A stretch of DNA of 64,000 nucleotides from NCBI GenBank assembly GCA_951406725.2, contig OX597821.1, positions 30,194,001 through 30,258,000 on the forward strand, written 5' to 3'. The notes beneath the pieces are model-generated. The model saw only the letters and a list, made by a program, of their open reading frames with translations, was not told the DNA's origin and did not search any database. The DNA is from Octopus vulgaris. Its lineage: Eukaryota. Positions 53,723-64,000 of the stretch are shown here, one piece after another; the stretch's first letter is position 1; every line of letters starts with the position of its first letter. A program made the translations under genes and the position numbers.

Positions 53723-55450
53723 AATGAGGCGCTCAGCGAACAGTTCAAAAGCGTCTTCACTCTTCATCTCCTTAATTGGACACATCTACATCCAAATATA
53801 TGAAACTTCTCAGTTTATTGCCTTGCTTATGGTGACTGCAATATTAATAGTTTTAGTTATATTTTGACTGACATATATTCGTTGTTTTATATGTGATAGG
53901 CATGATATAATTCGCTTTTCTTTCGTTTAGAAATACATCCTTTAGTGCTTCCTTGAATTTGCTTCAATAATATTGTTTGCTCTTTGCAGACCAACGTAGA
54001 GTCCAACACCAAAGAGGCAGATGTATCAGCGGCTATTGATGAAATGGGATTAAAGTTAGCTACTGGCCTTGAGGGTTTCCCAGGTGTCTTCTTGGTTGAT
54101 GCCAGCAGAACCATTTCAAATACATTTCTAGCTATCTTACAAGTGAGTAAACTTCGTAAAATGCTCAAGGGGAGCATCATATGCGCTACCCGTAAAGACG
54201 GGAGGAGAGCGGAGACAAGAAACCGCAGGTCTATCTCTTTGACTTAACATATCAGGAAAATCATGAAAAAAATCGTCAGAAGGAAACTGATAACGTTCCT
54301 AGAAAAAATACCTTGCTAATCGATACCCAGTATAGATTCTGTCTGGGAAAAAGCGTTCTAACACAGCTCTTGAGCCACTGCGACCAGGTTCCTAGAAAAA
54401 ATACCTTGCTAATCGATACCCAGTATAGTTTCTGTCCGGGAAAAAGCGGTTAAACACAGCTCTTGCGCCACTGCGACCAGGTTCCTAGAAAAAAATACCT
54501 TGCTAATCGATACCCAGTATAGTTTCTGTCCGGGAAAAAGCGGTCTAACATAGCTCTTGCGCCACTGCGACCAGGTTTTAAATGTTGCTCGACCTTGCAA
54601 ATGTCCATCTGATATATTTTGGCTTTGCAATGAGCTTTGACCAGGTGGATCATGGCGTAATGTGTCAGAAGCTGCAATACTTTGGCACAGCTGGTAAAGT
54701 CAGACAGTTGCAACCAATTTTCCTTCTCTAGCTAAACGCACATTCCAAGAGGAGTCATTGGCACCATTACTGTTTATAGTAGGTATCTTAGACATGCTCG
54801 AAGCCACTCAGACAACCTCTGTCACTAGTTATGCCGATGGTATACAATAATCACAGGTAATATGGATCTTCGGCGATGCCTGAGAGCTGCAACGCGACCT
54901 AAATAGAATATTCGAGTGGGCTGCACAAAACAGCATGTAGTTTAATGCAAGAAAATTTCAAGCATTGTGCCATCACCCAACAAATGCACTACAGCTCACA
55001 TGTACAGCTACTGTCATCAAGCGAAGCTTGAGGCGATTGAACGCTGCTATACCTAAAATCAGATTTCCACAGTGCAGGAAATGAACTACTGCGAGAAGCT
55101 AGAAAAAACAAGGACTTTACTTATTGGAGTGAAAATGCAAGAGATGAGAAATAATTTATAAGTGGAGAATACTAGAGGGCTTCTCTCTAACTTCAGCATC
55201 AAGAGTTATATAAATGCCTGTAATCCACGTTGTTGCATAATACCAAAAGGACCATCCACTCCATCTGAACAGCGAACCAGGTACTGTGATAACATTGCGC
55301 TCAAAGACTCACAGTTCTTAAATGTTCTGTCAAAAGAATTAAGAAATCTACCAAGTATGGAGGTGGATGTCATTAAAAGAAATTAAACATTGTTCTATAT
55401 ACGTCACCAGAGAAACTAACATCCCGGCATGAAGTAAAGATGAGGGTCGT
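53723..55450 (+). mobile_element. Heavily decayed CR1-like LINE with a nested insertion and an internal triplication
   Basis: NEALSEQFKSVF, DVSAAIDEM...G.EGFP, RSISLT, SYADG, LQRDLNRIFEWA...FNARKFQ remnants. Confidence 0.75.
54295..54577 (+). repeat. 3 x 93-bp tandem repeat inside the LINE RT region
   Basis: Units begin gttcctagaaaaa at 54295, 54388 and 54481. Confidence 0.9.
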
Positions 55451-55628
55451 GGTGTCAAACGACTTACACACCCTTTGTAAACCAAGAAAAAATGCAAAAT
55501 CCTGATGATATGAAATTCCACCACAAAATCACGATAACTGTGCTCTAACATGACCGCAGCCGCATGGCTGTAACACATAAAGTAAAAATAAAACACACAC
55601 ACATATACAGAGAGGGATAGATAGATAC

Positions 55629-55710
<82 letters not shown>

Positions 55711-56339
55711 TGGACAGATATTCATAATGGTAGATAGCATGCAATGAATCGGTTATGTGTATATGAACATCTTTGAAGAACCCTGGCAAGGAAACTATTG
55801 AATAGGGATGGGCAGGGAACAACGCTTAAGTAAAACTTCACATTGCCCCCACCTAGTAGTTCCTATTTGAAACCTTATATAAAGAGCATGGTAATTAAGG
55901 GCGTTGTTGCAAAATACATGTCGGAATGAAATCTTGTGAATTGTATACCATTATAATTAATACTTCCCGTGCGTAAGGATACTTAAAGAAGGTAATGAAG
56001 ATATTCGTCTAAATATACGAAAACGAAATTCTAATATAAGCTGGCATAATTTACAAACGCGAGTAAAGCTCAAGGATTGTAAGTATAGAAGTGGTGTGCA
56101 GTTGTAAGGTGTTAAAATAAATGTATATATGTCAATGAATTTTTGTTCCTCTGTCATATTTAATTATTCTTGTATATCAGGATCATTAGAAAAAGAGAAC
56201 AACCTCCCAGAATATGTTCTGCCATTCGACATAAGTATATATTTACGCATGCATGTAAATTCTTATACACACAACCCATCACCACCACCACCACCACATA
56301 TACCGGTATATATATATATTTACATACATACATATATAT

Positions 56340-56373
<34 letters not shown>

Positions 56374-56385
56374 GTATATATATAC

Positions 56386-56477
<92 letters not shown>

Positions 56478-56917
56478 TATATACAAACATTCATACATAC
56501 ATGAACGTTTAAATTACGGACCCACGCACATGCACACAGACAACGGACACCCACACATACATATATGAACGTACAAATCATACACACAAACACTCATTTA
56601 TATGTGCGTACATGTCATATCTGCAGGTGGTGTGGCAGGTTGAAACGTATATTTGATAGCCCTTTCGGATCTATTTGTTTTATCCTCCGCAATAAGTGTT
56701 CTCGCTAATATGACAGACTGAATGACTGCTACAAGTATACTTACCTTACATCCGCGACCCATGAGCCCATCAAGTTATCCATCCATCCACGCATAGATAT
56801 ATCCATACCTGCATACCTAAACGAAATAGGTAAAAATAAAAATAGGCGGACAAAAAGTCATTCTAAATATAAAATAAAATATTGAAAATATATATCTTTC
56901 TTACGTTCTCTCTCAGT

Positions 56918-58478
56918 TGAACACTATAAGGCCTGGCGTACACATAAATGTAAACAAATTAAAGTACTTGTTGACTTTGAACAGGTCACGTATAGGTTAT
57001 AATTTTTGCTGACACCTTAAGCAGATATTGACATTTAATGTTTACAATGAAATGCATTGTGGGACACTCGTGAAGTTTTCTTTCAAAAAGCAGCCTTAAC
57101 TGGGATGCCTGCAATTTTCATTCAGTTGAGCAGTTTTTCTACAAATATAGGCTAGTGAAGACGTAGTTTTCTTAATTTTTCGCTTGATTATATTCATATA
57201 TGTTCATTGTTTCTAAATTATATGTTTCTTTGGTGTTTTCTTTGATATGTATGTATAGATCATTACGAAGTTTTGTCTATACTTAAAGGGTACATGAGGA
57301 AAATAAAGAAATCAGAACAGCAATATTTACATTTTTTGTTTGTACGTGTAGGATATTTCAATGAATATATTCACCATGAATGATGATGTAGCTTTGCATG
57401 CAAGTAATTCCTGTGTTTTCTTAGATATTTTATCATCAATATATCCTACAGCATGTTATATTTTTTTCACTTGTAGTTCTTTTGACAACTGAAGCAAATT
57501 TACAAAATATGATTTCGTGCAGGAATATGGGGCCACATTTACGAGTTTAAATTCATCGGGGGAAAAGATGCAAAAAGGCTACCCGCAAATGTTCGTTTTG
57601 TACGAGTTTGGAGAGAGAGCAAGAATGTGGCGATACAATTCACAAAGGATCTTGAAAAGGATAAGCTTATGGTTTTCTTTGATAACCTATTTGCAAACTC
57701 TGAAATTATGATTCATCTTAGACATCAGGGAATATTTGCTGTTGGCATACTCCAGACTGATATATCGAGAGGTTGCCATATATCTACAAAATCAGCAATG
57801 AGAAAAGAGAGACCTGGATCCATCTGTGAGTTTGTCTAAAAATGTTACAACCTTGTGATTTGTGGATGGTATAACAATCGTCGCGTCTTGACAATTTAAA
57901 ATTTATTCGGTTAGGATCCTGCCTCAGAGGCGAACCGCTGCATCAGCAAGAATTACAAGAGACTGAAAATACCCCATTTTACTAGTGTTGGAATTTACCA
58001 CCGCAAAATGTGTAGGGTAGACAAAGCTGATACGCTCTTCTCACTTTATCGAACCACGATACGTATCAGGAAATAATATCACAGGATTGCTTTTCATATG
58101 CTCTCGTTAAGCTGTTGACAATGCATTTGTCATCTACTACCAACGCGGAGGTATCAGTTCCTTTATTAGGTTCTACACTGATATTTGCTGAAGCCTGCTG
58201 CAGGGAGAAAACAATATTGGCAGTAAAGGTGAAAATAACATTCCTGCCAAGAAAGTACGATTATTCCAAGCATCAGTAGTTCTAGAGTCGATTCGTTTCG
58301 GCAATATTGGTCACTATCCGGTGCAAGATGGTTGGTTGTAGCTGCCAGATAAATCTATCTCTTCCAAGTGCTAGACCTATCTGTGTGTAGCGGAAAGTGG
58401 AGAAATCTGTTTCCTGAAACTTCAGGGAGTTGCATTATGACTATATATTTCATTTTAGCAACCAGGTAACGTTAAATT
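56918..58478 (+). pseudogene. Decayed piggyBac transposon (transposase remnant ~57520-58430)
   Basis: VFFDNLFAN...LRHQGIFAVG, GWYNNRRV, IYHRKMCRVDKADTL.SLYR...K*YHRIAFH, AVDNAFVIY are piggyBac DDD motifs. The ends are approximate. Confidence 0.8.
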
Positions 58479-60644
58479 TGCTTTAAGAAAGAAATGCTTA
58501 TTTCATTTTTCTATTGTTCCTCATCAGAACTTAAGTGGACACGTTTGAAACACCCACGACTATGTAATGAAGAAGAAACTCTGTGAAGGATTCAAGGCAT
58601 TTGAAGAAAAACTTCCTGTAACTATATTATCGAGAAATTTACTATAATAACGGTATGATATACGTTGATAAAACGATTGAGTGTTCCAGCGATTTTACCT
58701 TGCCGGGAAATGGTATATTTAAAAAGAGTGTAAAAAAATAATAAATGATAGGTTCTAAAAGGATACAACGCCTGAAGCTGGGAAAAGGTATATTTCGATA
58801 ACATAACGTAGTTTAAAATCGACAAGTGATATATAAAAAAAGATTAGAACATGATTTTCTTTCAAATGGATTACTTTCCAATTTTTCTGAAGCATTAGGG
58901 AGTGATTACAACTGGAATTCAATGAAGAACAGGTTTATAGAGGAGTGATAGAAAAGAAATACTTTTTTATTGAGTCTGCTAAATCAATGATAAATGTGAC
59001 ACCTTTCTGCAAGAAATATCATAGTAAAAGAGAATAAATATCTTTACAGAAGGTAAAGCAAGTTAGCGTCCTGGAGTGGTTAGACCTAATAAGCTATAGA
59101 AGTGTAGTGTTACGAAGGAGAAACTCTTAATAATTGTCGATTGAAAGACAACCACTTAGCTTCATACGTAGCAGAGAGTAAAGCACTGGCAGTACATGGC
59201 GGGTCTCAGCATAGTAGCATGCAGTTTATAAAGCACAAGAAGGTGTGCTTTGAGCTTATGCTCTTACGAAGCTTAGGAATTTATTTGGTTTTCTGAGGTG
59301 TTTATTCTTCCGAAAATACAAGATTCTGATCGGTACCCAGCCCCAAGCAGGCTTAACTTCCAGCTGCTGCTGGCACATTTTCAGCAGAGTTGACTAGAGG
59401 CACACAAAAGGAAATTCCTTGAATAACGACATTACATGTGACCCGTCCGCGTTTTGAACTAACAGCCTGGCGATCATGAATCCAAATATCTTTACCGCTA
59501 GGTCAAGTGCTTTCACCAAAATTCAAGGGAAACAATAAAACACAAACGTGAGTCCAAAGCTAGCAAGAGAAAGGTGAAACATTTTTAAGGAAGAGAAATT
59601 GCAAATATAGAAGGGAGAGAGATTGCTGGAGGGATTAAACAGCAGACAGGTTGTTATAGGTGGTTCAGTGCATGCAAGGGAACACGCTCACACGCATTTA
59701 CCACATATATTATGGTTTTCTGTACTCTTTCACAAATTCATTTATTAGGCATTAGTCAGACTGAGTTTCTTGCCGAAAGGGCGGTGAGACTAAACCCGAA
59801 ACCACATGATTGCTAAGCAAGCTTCTTAACCATTTTAACCATCTGTGCATAGGGCTTGGGCAAATGATATTTCAATCGTGTCTGACTTGCATGGCAATGC
59901 CCCGTCGTGCTAAGGAAGATACATAAACATCTCAGATTGAGTACCGAATTGGAGTTCTGCCGAATTTAGCAAAATAAAAAAAATACTGATACAGAATTTA
60001 ATCCCAAATATTTTTGTGCTAATTTTTTTTATTTCTTTCTAACGCAAGTTTTGGTTTTTATTCAGAATGTTTGTGATTGCTGATGTGCAACAAACCATCT
60101 AACGTTAAAATCATGGTACAAGGGATATCGAACAATTCTAGAGGATTGGAGGTATTACAAATAAAATTAAGAATACGTGGGTTTGTATTGATTTGCACCT
60201 GCTGTTTCAGATATGTGTATACATAAAATTACTTTTAGGAGCGTGTGGAAGAGAATATGTATGCGTATAATAATAATCTCTTTAGAAAGAGAAACCAAGT
60301 TTTCATGCAAGAAGATATTCTAGTTGTGTATGAATATTAAAACGAAGATTTACACGAAGAAAATCGTCTGCACGCATGCGTTTACTATCACGCATATGTC
60401 AATATATAAGGCTCACGTTTACATAAATATTATACTACAATTATTACATTCTGTGTTTATGGTTACATAGACGAAAAACCATACACAAACATATATACAG
60501 CTACTTTCACTTGAATAAATGTATATGTATCTTTAAATATATACATGCACATATGCATATATATATACATATATACGTGTGTGTGTGTGAGTGTGTTCTT
60601 GTGTGTGTAGGTAATATATATTTATATATATGTGTGTGTTTGCG

Positions 60645-60698
<54 letters not shown>

Positions 60699-60795
60699 GT
60701 ACGTGTGTTAAGGTGTGTCTTACAGGCATCTCTGAATGTAGATATGCATACCAGATCATAGGCAGACAGATACGTATCCAAATAAACAAAAAGGC

Positions 60796-60828
<33 letters not shown>

Positions 60829-60843
60829 AATGTGTATGTGTTT

Positions 60844-60880
<37 letters not shown>

Positions 60881-60894
60881 TACTAATGAATATG

Positions 60895-60931
<37 letters not shown>

Positions 60932-61010
60932 CTAGGGACGTTGACGAGGTACACGCCAAACGACGAAATCATTTACAGAGTATTCGAAATCAATTATATA
61001 ACAACAATTC

Positions 61011-61067
<57 letters not shown>

Positions 61068-61452
61068 GCATAGAATAACATATAGATGCTACTTCATGTA
61101 ACCAGTAAACATATTCATGCACAAAAATGTATGCCACCGAAAACATGGAAATGAGATACCCATCATACATACATATACGCGGAAGCACACATAGACACAC
61201 ACATACACAAACATATATATATGCTTGCATATATACATTCACACATACATGTATGCATACATAAGTACGTGTTTATATATATATTCACACATACATATAT
61301 CTGTACAAAGGTATATAACATATGGTTATTGCCGCATATATATAATATTGCGAATTATATTGAATGTACTTAAGCACGTTTATATATACATATGTATACA
61401 CATGCATACATACATATAAACATACATACATACTTAATTATATAATTTTATA

Positions 61453-61503
<51 letters not shown>

Positions 61504-61774
61504 GTGTGCATGCATTGATGCATACTTGTATATGCATGTATACTTACATAGACACATACATAAAACTTATAATAGTATTCACATATACAGATTGGGATAG
61601 CCATACGAGGACATATGCAAATAAACACATGCAAATATGCACACACACACACACACATATATGTACATGCATATATATTTATATATATGTAACATTTTAT
61701 ATCAATTTTTGCATACTACATGAGCACTTATAGAGTATACACTTAATTTGGCCTATGTCTATGCGTGTACACAA

Positions 61775-61811
<37 letters not shown>

Positions 61812-61834
61812 CGCCTCCCACATTTACATATATG

Positions 61835-61873
<39 letters not shown>

Positions 61874-62128
61874 ATTATATATATATATGCACATAAATAT
61901 ATACATATATGCACATATGTTTATGTGTACAATGTAAATGCATATGTATATATGTGCATATATGTTTATATTAAATATATGTTTGTGTGTGTGTGTGTTT
62001 GTGTGTGCATGTATGTGTACAGCTATCCTACTCAGCTTCGATACATGCTTGTTTCTATATATATATATCTATATATATCTATATATCTATATATCTATAT
62101 ATACATATATATTTATGTATATATATGC

Positions 62129-62237
<109 letters not shown>

Positions 62238-62506
62238 CACAAATGCATATTCATTTGACTCCTTCATATACCCACACGTTTCTACTTTCTACACACACCA
62301 GAAGCCTACGCATGCTATTATATCCTCCACTATACACTATATGCAGAGAAAACTGGGAATCAATATAACCAATTGAAAATCTTGTTACGGTGATCTTATC
62401 CGCCATATTGATCACGTTTTCACATGCGATATCTTAGTTAATAAGTTGCCGTATATAAATCAGTTGACATATCACGATACACATTGTGAAAATGATGTAT
62501 TTCATA

Positions 62507-62865
62507 GTGATGATGACATTGAAGGCGATGATGATGATGATGATGATGACGATGAGGATGAGGATGATGATGATGATGATGATGGTGGTGATGATGATGA
62601 TGATGATGAGGATGAGGATGAGGATGATGATGATGATGGTGGTGATGATGATGATGATGATGATGACGATGATGGTCGATGATGATGATGATGATGATGA
62701 ATATGGTGATGATGATGATGATGATGAGGAGGAGGAGGATGGTGGTGGTGATGATGATGATGATGAGGATGAGGATGAGGATGATGATGAGGATGAGGAT
62801 GAGGATGAGGATGAGGATGATGATGATGATGGTGGCGATTATGATGATGATGATGACGATGATGG

Positions 62866-62896
<31 letters not shown>

Positions 62897-62900
62897 GGTC

Positions 62901-62936
<36 letters not shown>

Positions 62937-63250
62937 TATGGTGATGATAATGATGAGGAGGAGGGGGAGGACGACAACTATATCTATGATCATAATTATG
63001 ATGATATCATTTAGGATATCATAATAATAATAATAACAATATGATGATGATGATGATGATGATGATGAAGAACAGGAAGAAGAAGAAGAATAAGAAGAAG
63101 AAGAAGAAGAAGATGAAGGTGAAGAAGAAGAAGAAGAAGAAGAAGAAGAAGAAGAAGAAGAAGAAGAAGAAGAAGAAGAAGAAGAAGAAGAAGAAGAAGA
63201 AGAAGAAGAAGAGCAACAGTAATAATATTAGCAATAATAATAATAATTGT
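62507..63250. repeat. (GAT/GAG/GGT)n, then (GAA)n and (TAA)n trinucleotide arrays
   Basis: Direct inspection. Source of the poly-D/M/H/K ORFs. Confidence 0.95.
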
Positions 63251-63429
63251 CATCCGCTGTGCATCTTCACGTGAGATTACCATTATATGGTTGTGATGTA
63301 TGAACCTGATTCGACCATATCAGACGGGTAGTCATTATGAGTATATTGGGCTCCGTATATTCGTACCCCTGTAACACTTTATTGCATGCACTCATTTCTC
63401 ATTCGTTAATAATAATGATAGTAATAATG

Positions 63430-63770
63430 TTGATAATGATTTCAAATTTTGGCACGAGGCTAGCATATACGGTGGGGGTGGGGCCTTAAGTCGATTACGT
63501 CGACAACAGTGTTCAGCTGGTTCTTATTTTATCAATTGGGAGAGGGTGAAAGACAAAGTCATCCTCAGTGGAATTTGAGCGTGAAGATGGTCAAAGTGCC
63601 GCTAAGAATTTTGCCCGTTGAAAACCTATCTATTATAGGTTGAAGGCTTGAAAATGTGGAGCGGGGTGCCAGTCAATTACATTGACCTCAGTTTTTGAGA
63701 ATTATTTTATATTATTGTTATCGAAAAGATAAAATGCGAAGTCGAACTCGGCGGAATTTTCCAGTTGTTG
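63430..63770 (-). mobile_element. Two degraded SINE copies (second family)
   Basis: taagtcgattac.tcgac, gaaagacaaagtc..cctcagtggaatttga and gaagtcgaactcggcggaattt. Confidence 0.6.
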
Positions 63771-64000
63771 TAGCATTCAGATTAGGCCCAAACTTCTGCT
63801 TCATAGGGGACAGCTAGTATTTTCAGATTAGTGCTTGGGTGTGGAGTGTCTTTCACAATAAGTTAACATCCAAGTACCAAAATTATAATTTGCGGAGAGA
63901 CACTGTGAGACCGCTGACGACGGGTTGCTCACATATAATCAACCAGTGCAAGTACGGCCGAGACCTATGAGGAGTAAAATAAGAAATGATAATAATAATA

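Noticed and set aside
54295-54577. Regularly spaced repeats suggestive of a CRISPR array
   Set aside because: Contiguous tandem units without unique spacers, LINE-derived, eukaryotic context, no cas genes.

Overview
AT-rich eukaryotic DNA that is almost entirely repeat-derived. It is most likely intronic or intergenic cephalopod (Octopus-like) sequence, inferred from the tRNA-derived SINE families and the very high (TA)n/(CA)n content. No host gene can be called confidently, and most ORFs in the track are microsatellite artefacts. Recognisable elements are five CR1-like LINEs (one with an uninterrupted ~920-codon APE+RT frame), two R4/Dong-like fragments in (TAA)n arrays, Tx1/L1 and RTE fragments, decayed maT/mariner, piggyBac, Helitron and possible hAT remnants, MITE-like palindromes and many SINEs. 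The main hidden signal is at the RNA level. At least five dissimilar short elements, mostly inserted in or beside (TA)n arrays, each carry a type I hammerhead ribozyme (HHR) fold, as known from Penelope-like pseudo-LTRs and retrozymes. They are: a 563-nt-period tandem retrozyme-like unit (2421-3332); a composite element coupling a Gag/ORF1-like frame to an HHR repeat in inverted and tandem copies (5935-8350); a perfect 135-bp palindrome with a G3-C8 core variant (29277-29558); a long-stem-II variant (40151-40256); and an HHR flanked by a 32-bp inverted repeat (46396-46783). All folds were derived by eye and need computational and biochemical confirmation.
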